From positions 7,609,100 through 7,660,404 of the forward strand of contig BFEA01000009.1 of NCBI GenBank assembly GCA_003427395.1: DNA of 51,305 nucleotides, read 5' to 3'. Shown one piece after another: positions 11,973 to 23,245 of the stretch. The stretch is from Chara braunii (taxonomy: Eukaryota > Plantae > Charophyceae). Positions within the stretch are counted from its first letter, which is position 1. Every line of letters begins with the position of its first letter. The notes under the pieces are model-generated. The model searched no databases. It was given only the letters and a program-made list of their open reading frames with translations, and was not told where the DNA came from. Both the position numbers and the translations under genes were made by a program.

Positions 11973-12639
11973 GCATTCCCGGACCCTATTGGATGACTTC
12001 CGCGTCATTCATCATTTACTTAAGAGGTCAAAATTCCAATGAAGTTTCATGTGAAAACAACGATCACAATACACAACAGTTTGAATCATCGTCCGACATT
12101 AAGTCGAATTTTTTTCACCAACATACAACAACACAACAACAAAATTGGATTTCGCCTCCAGAAACTTCAACTTAATATAACAAAACTGGATTTAGTCTCC
12201 AGAAGCCTTAACTCAATACAACTCCTAAGTGGATTGAATGATACCAGATTTTGCCTCTGGCAAGTCTTATCCAAACTTGGACCCAGGTCTAGCCCATGGA
12301 AGCCTTCAATTTAGAGAAACTTTTTCAAAATGATCCAAGCATCATTCCACTGGCGGTCATTCAAAAGTTTTTGTCTCTCTAAATGGCATCGGGAGCCCTC
12401 CAGCTAGATCCAAAACGAAATTTATTCGGTTGATACCTTTGTTGCACCTGAGTAGAACTCAAGTAAGTCAGGAATAACCCCTGACAGGTTTTCTAAACGT
12501 ATAAACTTCCTAGAGTTGTTCAGACGTAGTCTGAACGAACCAATCATTCTTTTGAAATTCCTTATCCATATTTCGCCTTATACCCACGATATTGACCCGA
12601 GTTACTCTCAGTGTCACCTCAAGCGGCATTTTCCTCACA

Positions 12640-13270
12640 CATATGACAATTTTCATACATTCAGTCCAAGGCTGAGGAATAAAATTTGTCATATTTTAAC
12701 ATCATACATCCGATTAAACTTAGGGAATGAACACTCAATCTGAGAATTATACATCCAGTAGGAACTGGGACATAAACATTCAAATTGAACTTCATACATC
12801 CAAGCATTCTCAAGAAATGAAGGGTTGCATACCATACATCCGACTGTCGTTGAGAATTGGAAAATCCCCCTGAAATTCATACATCCAGAACAAACTAGAA
12901 AATAGATACATAGGTTGGACACCATACATTCAATTGAAGTCGGGGAATGGGCAACCCAAGTGTGCACCATACATCCGACTTGTGTCGAGAAATAAAGGAT
13001 TAGTCTGAAATTCATACATTCAGACAAGTTGGGAAATAGATACATAGGCCCCTCCATACATTCAACTCAAGCCAGGGAATGTACAACTCAAGTGTACACC
13101 ATACATCTGCCTCTCGTCAAGAAATGACGGGTTTACCTGAAATCCATACATCCAGAACAATCTGGGAAATAGATACATAGGCGCTGCCATACATTCAACT
13201 TACTTAGGACTGTACGCTTTTGCGTCATACATTCAGTCATGACTGATAAATAAGCATTTGTCTGTTATAC
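12640..13270. repeat. Degenerate tandem array (about 130-bp unit built on ATACATyC subrepeats)
   Basis: ACCATACATC recurs near 12830, 12967 and 13098. AAATAGATACATAGG recurs near 12900, 13035 and 13167. Confidence 0.75.
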
Positions 13271-13399
13271 ATTCTGTCAATGTTTGGGAAATGACAATTC
13301 GAAAAGAGAAGATGTTGCAAGATATAACACCAAATTCACCACAATTTGTCAAAATCAAACATTGAATACCCTTCTTTTCCAACAACCCAATGACTCGCT

Positions 13400-14420
13400 T
13401 ATAAATCTGTCAAAACAACTCTTCCCTGCTTCTCGCTGGAAAGAGTCTTACAAATTACTTTATTCATACCATCGCTCTGTTGGGACGGACAGTAACGTGG
13501 GGTGTGTCTTTTCAAACCACAAGATTGACACCTCACTTTCTTCCACCAACCCTTTGTACGTCGAGAGCGACAATTGTCAGAATTTTCCTTAGCAACGTTC
13601 TCAATATTAATGGTTTTCGGTGCGGTCCGAACATCACGCTGAACTTCCTCATGTTCCGTCGTATACTTATAATAGAAAAGTCAACCATGTCCTTTCACTT
13701 CTCACCACTACATCCTTTCGACAACCCGATAGCAACAGTTGTTCCATTTTTTTTTTCGTTCATGACTTTCAAAGACTCTTTAACCACAGAAAGTTCTTTC
13801 AAAATATGTTCATCTCTCTGGTCTGAACTGCTATTAGAGACTAACCGTCGATGCATGTTTTTCAAATCCAGATGAAGAACCTGATCAAAACCATTGCTCA
13901 GAAAATTCTCGCAGATCTTCTGCCAGGCAAAAAAATATTTGACACCTTTCAATAAAACACGCATTTCAACCTCTGAAAAGTTCGCAAGGAATATCCAACT
14001 CGTATCAATTTCCGAGAGGTTCGGAACAAGACGGGCTGCTCGCTCAAACACAGTGAGGAACTTCCTTAACATATGATATGTTTATCCCGACATACATTGC
14101 GAAGATCGTCACAAGTTAGAGTTTCATTATCGAGTTGTAATGTATCGAACATTGCCTGATCGAAATCATTCAAACTTTTGGCTTTGGAAACCAACTTCGC
14201 TACATCATCGCACACGTCTTTATGAATCCATGCCATCACCCTCTCCAACAGTGTCCGCTCATCTCACTCATGATCAACAACCAATTGCTCAAACGCTAAA
14301 GAGAAATTTCAAAACATTATCCCCATTACTAATCGGGACGTCGATCTTAGGGGTCGTAGCTGCTCTCTCGATCTTGTCTCCAAGCATCTCGATAAACTTC
14401 TTCATTTTGTCCCAAGGACC
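13400..14420 (-). pseudogene. Retrotransposon gag-like ORF, fragmented
   Basis: Helical pieces 14066-14248 and 13695-14072. Minus-strand CQSCGLKRHTPRYC (CX2CX4HX4C) at 13489-13530. Confidence 0.7.
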
Positions 14421-14778
14421 ATCATTCAGCTTGCTACCTTCCGTCATCTCGCTATAAGAAGATTAACCTACAAGCGATAAGGCATAGAGGTAGGAAGCCG
14501 AAATGACTCGTAAAGTCTATCATCGTTAGCATATAAATAATAATATCAGGTTTTCCTACTATTCCGTCGAGGTAAGCGGAAGATGATCAAATCATACCTT
14601 GTCTTCTAAGGAAATAGCATTAATAAAAGAAGATGGGGCTATCTTTTAAAAGTAGGTTTAACAGCGGTGCGTCATCATGCCTATTTTTAAAAAATGCTCG
14701 TTTGAAATCAAAATAACTCAATAAAAATATTTGAGTGTCGTTCCACCAAGGACAATGGTAATCTGCCATTATCCCCGA

Positions 14779-15245
14779 CAACGACGCCATCTGTCGGACG
14801 CATCGGCCCCCGGCCTCGAAGTTAAGCCCCGCGGGCCCAGGAAAAATAAAAAAAACTTCATATTTCTATCGCGACACGGCCCCATATCTTGCGTGGTCCT
14901 TTCTTTTAGCCTAGTTAAACTTTGAACCGCGCGGTTGCTAAGCCACACATTATTATTTTAAGTTGGATGGTTTAGCTTGGACATTCATACGACTGTGTGT
15001 TTCCGCGGCCCTACTAGAAACCGCATAAGACTGGTCACTTTACCGATTACCGCCATTATTCTCGGACGTTACAAGCATCCGAACTAAGGTTCAGAAAAGT
15101 TATAGTCTCTTGGTCACAGGTTGATCCGGATAAATTTCTGGCAAACGTCAGTCTCATCAAGTCCCTCAATTCAACGAAGAAGTCGGACAACGTCCGACAT
15201 TGAAAAACCTGAGCAGATACCCTTGTAAGGGTTGCTTCTACGACA
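14779..15245 (-). repeat. LTR-like direct repeat (5' copy)
   Basis: Direct repeat of 11516-11972. Confidence 0.85.
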
Positions 15246-15812
15246 GGGTAGATATCTGCTTAGTTAGGGTTTGTTTTGTAGGGTGTTGGAATTGATGGGC
15301 AAGAGTCTAACTGGATAGTAGTTTAAAGGATAGGTCGGGATTTGGGTCTTTGCTTCACTTTTGGGCTAAATTGGGGTCAGGGCTGGGTGGGTTTCTAATT
15401 AGTTAGGGTTTGTTATGCTGGCTGTCGGAATTGACTATTGGAAAATCTAATTAGGATAGTAAATTACAGGATAGGTGGAGATTCGGGTTTTGACCTATTT
15501 GTAATTACTAGACTGGGGTTAGTTTTTGTTAGTTTTTTTAGAGTTTGTCAGACCATCCGTATCAGTGCATTTTCCAGGTCGCGGTTGGGGATGGGCTTGG
15601 CCAAGAGTGCCTCGCTCAGCCCCATAAGGCTGTGGCATTTATGTGAGGGACACCGGAGCCGATTTTCGGCTTATTATAGAATGGTCTTTTTTTTTTTTGT
15701 AAGGCTGACAAAAAAAAATCGAACCAAAACCAAAAGGCCTAGCTCGATTGGTACATCAATGGACTGTTGAAATACAGACTCGTGCAAGGAAAATGCGCAA
15801 TAGCGAAATGAC

Positions 15813-16090
15813 CTAGGCTACCAGAGTGGCCCGGGATCGCTTGCCCAGTCGGGCCAAAAAGATTTAAAATTTTAAAAATAAAATAATTATTTTAACATTT
15901 TATTTTGTATTTTATTTTTTGGTAAAGAATTTCGATGTGACCCTGAGGCAATAGTTGTTCAGTTTATTTTTCTTCATAACATAATTTTTTTTTCGGAGTT
16001 TTTGGATTTGTTCTCTTTTTTGCTGGGACCTTCCCTAGTCCTTGCACGGGCTGGCCACCCCGGACCCGGGTAGCCCGGCTGGTAGCCTAG
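15813..16090. mobile_element. MITE, 278 bp, TIR CTAGGCTACCAG, 8-bp TSD
   Basis: Perfect 12-bp TIRs and perfect TSD GAAATGAC (15805-15812 and 16091-16098). Confidence 0.92.
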
Positions 16091-16489
16091 GAAATGACAG
16101 AATTTCAAATTGCAACATCACATTGAAAGCCAGATAGTTGTGCAGAAAGCAGAAATGTGTTGACATCAAACCGGAGGAGAACCAAAGCAGAGAACTCAAT
16201 TGTCAATGAAAGCTCTCTCTCGCCACCATCAACAATGTACCCGAATCTATTCCCCTTGTTGGCGCTCAGCGCCCAGACTACGATCATACAGCAACTATGG
16301 TAGCCTACTAAAATGACAAAGCAACCAGTTGACGTCAGCAACAGCAACCGAAGTACATGCAGATGTCGACCATGCATACCTCCGCCAGGACCAGGTACGT
16401 GCTTTCACATCTCCTCCCCTCACTGGCTCTCTACTTGTCTTCACCCACACCATTGCCCTCTCCCAAGGACCACTACCAATCCCCGCCGA

Positions 16490-17120
16490 CCTCCGTTAAC
16501 CACCACTACCTTTCCCGTTGTTGGGAAAACGGGAAAATAACCTACTCCTAAAAAACCAGAGGTCGGGCCCAACCATGACTTTACCTTTAAACCACCACTC
16601 CCTTTCCTGCTGTTGGGAAAACAGGAAATGACCTGACCTCCTTTAAACCACCACGACCTTTCTTGCTGTTGGAAAAATGGGAAAATATCCTACTCCTAAA
16701 AAATTGGAGGCCAGGCCCGACGATGACCTGACCTCCTTTAAGCCCAAGCCCGGCTATGGAGGCTTGGCTATGGCGGTGCTTCCATGTAGCGCACCCGCGT
16801 GCGACCACACACGCCTCCAGGCAGAGGCCTACCAGACCAAAGTGGCAGCACTGATGCATATGCACTAAGTGCACAAATCAGTCCCTCGTGGCCAGGCTCT
16901 TTCCTATATGGAAAGCGGCCTGGCCTGTAGGCTGCTGGATTGGGAGACCCGTGTGCCAAGTAGCTTCACGTTGGGCCAAAGTGTCTGCGCCCAGGCCTGT
17001 TCAGACAGTGGCCTGGGCCCATGGCGAGTTAGGCATGCCCAACTACCCAGCACCTTCTGAGGGGTGCTCCCTGCTTTCTGATAGGCCAGGAGGGGTGCTC
17101 CCTGCTTTCTGATAGGCCGG
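16490..17120. repeat. Unclassified repeat with internal tandem subrepeats
   Basis: Recurrent AACCACCAC...CTGTTGGGAAAAC...CCTACTCCTAAAAAA units (16490-16740) and a tandem GAGGGGTGCTCCCTGCTTTCTGATAGGCC duplication (17059-17118). Confidence 0.5.
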
Positions 17121-17732
17121 GAGGCCTGCTTCCATGCCAATGCAAGAAGAGCCTAGAAGGCTCACAGTAGATTCTGATGCTCGCGAACAAGGCACATGTA
17201 ATCAGCTGGCACGTGGTAACTGTCTGCCGCCCACCAGGATTGCAATATTCAGCCCTCAATGAAATACAGGGGTCGGCCTTGCCTTAGGGCGGGCACAAGG
17301 CCTGTAGTACGGGGCACGTATATGCATGTTGAGGGGTCATATCCTCCCACTTCAGTTCAAATCCAGATACTATCAACTGAACAGAAACATCGGTCAGTTC
17401 AAGGATGACATAAAAACTCCATCGCCCTTAAAAAAAAAAAAAAAAAATTCCCCACCAAATTTGAGGGGGAAAAAAAAAAAAACCTAGGCTACCAGCCAGG
17501 CCGCCCGGGTCCCGGGTGGCCAGCCCGCGCAAGGACCATGGAAGGTCCCAGCAGGGGAAAAAAAAAAAAAAAAAAATCCGAAAAAAAACTATGTTATGCA
17601 GAAAAATAAATTGAACAACTTTTGCCTCAGGGTGACACAAAATTCTTCATCAAATTTAGAATAAAAAATAAAATTTGAAATAATTTTTAATTTTTTTTGG
17701 CCCGGTCGGGCAAGTGACCTCGGACCACTCTG

Positions 17733-18114
17733 GTACTTGGTAATGGGTGGGACTTGAACATGAACCTCGGTATCGGATAGCGAATCACCTGGTGCCGTGT
17801 TTTGCACTAGTCTTCATAGGAGAAGTGTAGTTGGTACTTGCTGTTTTCAGGAACTAGCCATAGGGGAAGTATAAATAGATTGATGAGGATTGATTCGACC
17901 TCTTGGGTCTACCACAGGACGCCTATCGGTGAAAGTCTTAGGACGACTATCGGTGGTAGTCTTGTAGGGTTTGGTGGAGAGACGATGGTTTCTTGGGATT
18001 GACGGTACACTGGCGGTATTACTCGTTTTATACTCATTAATCTTGCCATTGAGTGGTCTTTACTACTTGGTGACTAGTGTACATCTCTTGTGTGCATTTT
18101 TCCATCCATTATCA
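17733..18114 (+). repeat. 5' terminal direct repeat (pseudo-LTR) of the PLE
   Basis: Colinear with 22880-23245 from GTACTTGGTAATGGGTGGG to TTCCATCCATTATCA. Contains GTATAAATA near 17869. No TG...CA ends. Confidence 0.92.
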
Positions 18115-18338
18115 TTGGATTGCGCGTGTGAACTTACCTGGAGACAAGCTGACCGGGCTTGAGTGAGCACGTTTTGAGTATCGAGCATTGGTTACCTGAC
18201 ACGTAACTTTGCTACGCCGATTAGTTCTTGGAGTCTTCTGCGGTCTTTTGGCAACGTGAAGCTGTTCTACGTCCTCTGTGACACCACCCCGTATGCTTGA
18301 TGCTTTGAAGTTGCAAGTGGGAGGAGGGTAGTGACATT

Positions 18339-19604
18339 ATGTCAATGCAAGATCCACGCGACCGGAGCGACCGGGAACTTGAGAGAGGAGACAGAGATCG
18401 GGAGAGAAGGGAGAGAGAACGTTCTATTGATGGTGGGGAGCGGAGGTCTTATCGACCTCCACGTGTTTTTGCATGCCAGGAGACAAGGCATTATGCTAAC
18501 CAGTGCCCCAATTGTGGTAAGCGTTATCCGAACGCGAGACCATCGACATCACCGGACTCTAGGCGATCTCGTTCACCGAGAAGATATGACACTGGGAGAC
18601 GAGAACCTCCACCTCACTTGGATCCGGAGATTAGGAACACCATAGCCAAGCTGGGCAAGAGCGTTGCTGTTATGGAAGAGCACTATGCAGCGGAACGTAA
18701 GAAGAAGGAAGCTAAGACGAGGAGGAGGATGGAGAAGGAGGAGGCGGAACGGTGAGCTGAAGAAGAGAAGGCCAGATTGGAGGAGAAACGCATCAAGGCG
18801 GAGAAGAAGGCATTGAAGAAGAAGCAGGAGAAACAAAAAGAAGAGGAAATGAGCGCAAAAATGCAGAAAGATATTCAGGTACAGCTCGCGATACAAGTGA
18901 GTGAGATGGAAGACCGCCAGGTTCAACGAATGCATCAAGCTGTCACACTAACACCTCCGTCTATCCGTGAACGAGGAAAGAAGAAAGTTACATATCAGTC
19001 TGATGAAGCAGATTACTCATCCAGTGCGAGCGAAAGGAGTGACACCAGCGTCACGCAGGAACTAAGTGCGAGAGCCCAGAGATTGGTGATTTCGGAGAAA
19101 AGGAAGCGAGGTCCAGAACCTGTCTTTGAAGAAGCTAGTCCTCCGATGGAGTTGCCTGCAAAGAGGACACCTAAGCATGGTATCTTGAAGTCGGTCAAAC
19201 TCTCTGGTCGTTTGACCAGGTCCAAAACCAAAAAAGCAGGTGGAGGACTCACTCCCTCTTCGGCCAAGAAGAAGATCGCTACGCCCCTATCCAAGCGAAG
19301 AACCCTGACACGCAAGCAAGAACCGGGGTTGACGCCTACGACGAAGGGCGCCTTGGATCAATTGCGTTATCGGGACAATGTCCTCCGGGAACTTAAGGAT
19401 CTGGATGCTACGGAATTACAACGAATCTGTCGTGATGAAGGTATTCATTACGACAAGAAAGTCGATGCTATATTTGATATAGTGGATCATCGAACCGAGG
19501 TGGCATTTTCCAACAACTCATTGACAATTGATGAAGTCATTCATATAGCCGACTCGGAGGATACGGTCGGTAACCCGGAGGAAAGACCGGTAAATGATGT
19601 GTGA
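18339..19604 (+). pseudogene. PLE ORF1: RS/RD-rich, degenerate CCHC knuckle, coiled coil, SAP-like C-terminal motif
   Basis: 18339-18755 and 18777-19604 are in the same frame, split by one TGA. Motifs FACQETRHYANQCP, a K/E-rich coiled coil, and LKDLDATELQRICRDEGIHYDKKVDAI. Confidence 0.75.
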
Positions 19605-19627
19605 CAAACTCTCTCGATACCACAGTT

Positions 19628-22422
19628 ATGGAAGGTTTGTCGTTTTCTTACTTATTTGCGTTGTGAGTCTTTGAAGGTGGATAAGCCAGTAGAGAAGTTA
19701 CTCCGTCTTGTTTTCCTATTGCTAGTTGTGCAAGGTCATATAAGATGGGCGAAGAAATATGTGCCTAATTGGCTGAATTTGTATCGTCGTCACGATATTG
19801 AATTTTTAAACCTCACTGACTGTGTGTATGTTGGGATCTCTCCCTTTTGCAAATATATGTATATTGGAAAGTCTACTCGGGATGTGGATACCCGTTGGAG
19901 AGAGCACATTTACTGTTGCTGCAATTGCACTTCCACCGTTGGCTGGCCAACTTCGGGATAGGCAATTACTTGTTACTGCCAGTTGATGTTCTTGTTGGCA
20001 GTGATTTGATGAAACTTGAACATACGTACATCCAACTTTGGTCACCCTTCCTTAATACAACAGGTTGCATAAGGCGTGCTAAAGTTTTTAAGAAAAATAA
20101 GGCCGGAAAGAAGGAACGTGCGAGGGGGAATGACGTTGTTTGCCATAATCACGTATGGAAACCTATACGTTTTAAGGTAACGACGTCAACTGATTGGCGC
20201 GTTGACTTTTTTTTAATTTCCTCGATGATATCATGAAATCCGGTAATGATGTTGTTGAACTTTGCACACAGGAGGGTAATTTGTGGCAGCCCAGTTGGGG
20301 AAAATTGGTAAAAGTCTTTGAGGAAACTAAGCTGGTCTCTGAATCTGGCACTGTCTGTCTCAAGGATTGCAAATCGTCTTTGCAATCGGGCGGTTGTTTT
20401 TCTGTTTTGCATATTTGCAAATGATCACCCAGATGTGGGTATCTGAAGAGGATTTTAATTCAAATTTTTCGTAATCCTCGACAATTTTTTGTGATTAGCA
20501 ATTGGAATATGCGTGTGATTAAGGATTTTTCGAGAAAGTCCACCCGAAAGTACCTGCGAAAACTGGTCGCCCGTTGTTTTCGAGATTGTTTTGGGTTAAG
20601 CCTTGGTGCTGACTTAATTTTCTGCATATGTTTCGACAATCGCATCGTTATTGCCGAGGTTCGAAAAATTGTGAATAATGTCTTAATGCAGTTGAACTTA
20701 CCTTTGTGCTTTTTGCATAGAGCCAGGAGAAAACTTCGGATAGTGGGAACAAAAAACCCAACTATTGTCGATATTTTGCACAATATGCGTAGTCTGTCGA
20801 CATGCCTTGTGTTGACCTGTACTTCTGAATCTCCCGCGCTCGGCGGACCATGTTCTATTCAGACTTAGCGAACTCGAAGGGATTCATCTTTTGTTAGGGA
20901 ATGCTAAGAACGTGCCTTGTGCACGAATTCACGATCGATTACCTTCGTTTCGTTAAGAGTTGCGTTCTGGCTTTGCTAACTGGATCAATTGTAAAGATGC
21001 CCCACCGTATTTGAGTAATGAAGCTTTGTCAAACTGTTTTTCCACTGTTGTGGGGAATAGTCGCTGCCTGTAAATGGATGAGGTTATGAAGATTAAACAA
21101 AGATTTGAAGGTCTGGTACTTACCGCTGTTGATCGTAACCCGGGGGAAACGGTTGTTATGTGCCCACAGGTATAGTACGATGCAATGATGAACACTTCCA
21201 TGCTTAACCCAGACTATCGTATTATGACCTGTCCTGAAAGCCTCGTATTGCGTGAACTCCGCGAGGACGTTGTCGCTGCAGGCTTAAAAAAATTCTCTCG
21301 TTCGGACAGCAAAGGGAAGTTTGGTTCGGCATATATTCTGCAGAAGCATTAGGACTTTTCTCGTTTTTGTCCGATTTGCCCGTCCTTTGTGAAACCCATG
21401 AGCCATAATGGGAGGGTTGTGGCAAAAGCACTGAACCAACTGCTAAATACAGTTCCCAAACAATGGCATTTTAATTTACTTGCCGTATCTTTATTGACCG
21501 AGCTGTTGGCTATTGCTAACCGAAGATTGCTCCGTTTCGGAGCTGACCAGACAATTACTTCGTATTCTTTCGATATCAAGGATATGTTCAGCAAACTCCC
21601 GCATGCGGATATTCGTCGTGCCATAGACTGACTCATCGCCCACCATATTGGGAAAGGTCATTATTTCGTACATGTTAACACACGGGGAAAGGGAGCAAGT
21701 TTTGGGTTGACAACGTGTGGTGATCATTGGAGGAAACTCTTCCTTGATGAGATTCAATCTTTTGTGAATCTTGAGTTGAATCATACTTATTTCCATGCTA
21801 CGGGGATCTTGTTGAAACAGGAGTTGGGCATCCCCATGGGAAAGAGGACTAGTCCTCCCCTTGCCTGCATCTTGTGCGCTTTTACTGAGTATCGATTCAT
21901 GTGCAGTATCAGAAGGTCTGTACGTTGTATCTTTGCTTCTAGACTGATTGATGATGTGATGTTGGTCATATCTTCTCTCGACGGAAACAATCGGGCTATC
22001 ATGCAGGCCTTTGAGTATTGCTACCCCAGGAATCTCTTGCTAAAGCGTATTGATGATGGTTCTGGTTTATTGGACTTCCTTGGATGCCAGGTCCACATTT
22101 CGCAGACATACCCATGCATGGGATGTGTGCAAGTTTCCAGGAATGACGACTGCCTGTGGATTTCCGACTGTTTGAAGGTACAAAATGGACAGTCATATCT
22201 CTCATGGGGCTGCAAAAGGCAGAAAGCGCTATCATCGACGACTATCTCCACCGTATTGACCAAAACACTTCAATTAAATGTGAGATATCGTATCGAGTGC
22301 GAGCGCTAAGGAGGGAATTATCTTTGAAGGATTTCCCGGACCAGTTTTTTAAGCAGGTTCTCAAGCGCTTCTCTGTCAGGCGCGACAACATTTGGAGGCA
22401 AATAGTCAAACTCCTGTACTAA
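19628..22422 (+). pseudogene. PLE ORF2: GIY-YIG endonuclease followed by reverse transcriptase, frameshifted
   Basis: Endonuclease: CVYVGISPFCKYMYIGKSTRDVDTRWREH, then LEHTYIQLWSPFLN. RT: YSFDIKDMFSKLPH, LKQELGIPMGKRTSPPLA, RLIDDV, LDFLG. Confidence 0.9.
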
Positions 22423-22879
22423 ACAGGCATATGACCGGGTTCTCGATGAGGCGATCCTATTTTTTTTTGTTTTTGGATACTTTTGGATTTGTGTTCTTTT
22501 GCTGCAGTTTTAGGTGATGAATTTTGTGAATTTTTTTGATGTTGTTCTAGTGGCCTGAAGTTGTTCTTTGCAGCTTTATTTTGACAGGGACTCTTTAAAA
22601 TTTTTATAGTATTTTGGATGGGTTTCGAACCTGCACATTGTGCCTTGTTGTGCCTTCTATTGTATTGTGCGAAGGTACTAGCCTGAGTTTTTGTAGCCGT
22701 ATGGTTTGCGGGTTTCTTATTGGTGGGCCTGTACTTTGACACTTATTGCGGTCCTCGATTAGGCAACCTGAGCTAGGCGCGGATACAGTGCAGACAGAGG
22801 ACAATTATTTTCTGAAGTTGTATGGCTAACGGGGGAGTTGTTTGTACACCGCACATTTAGCGGAGTAGGTCTGTGACAC

Positions 22880-23245
22880 GTACTTGGTAATGGGTGGGAC
22901 TTGAACATGAACCTCGGTATCGGATAGCGAATCACCTGGTGCTGTGTTTTGCACTGGTCTTCATAGGAGTTGGTACTTGCTGTTTTCAGGAGCTCACCAT
23001 AGGGGAAGTATAAATAGGATTGATTCGACCTCCTGGGTCTACCACAGGACGCCTATCGGTGGAAATCTTAGGACGACTATCGGTGGTAGTCTTATAGGGT
23101 TTAATGGAGAGACGGTGGTTTCTTGGGATTGACGGTGCGACTGGCGGTATTACTCGTCTTATACTCGTTAATCTTGCCATTCAGTGATATTTACTACTTG
23201 GTGACTAGTGTACATCTCTTGTGTGCATTTTTCCATCCATTATCA
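22880..23245 (+). repeat. 3' terminal direct repeat (pseudo-LTR) of the PLE
   Basis: Direct repeat of 17733-18114, with substitutions and two short indels. Confidence 0.92.

Larger units (their letters stand above)
11516..15245 (-). mobile_element. Non-autonomous (gag-only) LTR-retrotransposon-like element
   Basis: Diverged direct repeats of about 460 bp at 11516-11972 and 14779-15245, both starting TGTCG on the minus strand. Internal gag-like pieces with a CCHC knuckle. No pol motifs seen; PBS and TSD not clearly identified. Confidence 0.7.

Noticed and set aside
15250-15420. Telomere-like TTAGGG motifs
   Set aside because: Only scattered single units, not a tandem array.
18753-18755. In-frame TGA in PLE ORF1 as a selenocysteine codon (some Naiad PLEs are selenoproteins)
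   Set aside because: It lies in an Arg/Glu/Lys coiled coil where CGA-to-TGA decay is the simple explanation, and the element has many other disabling mutations.
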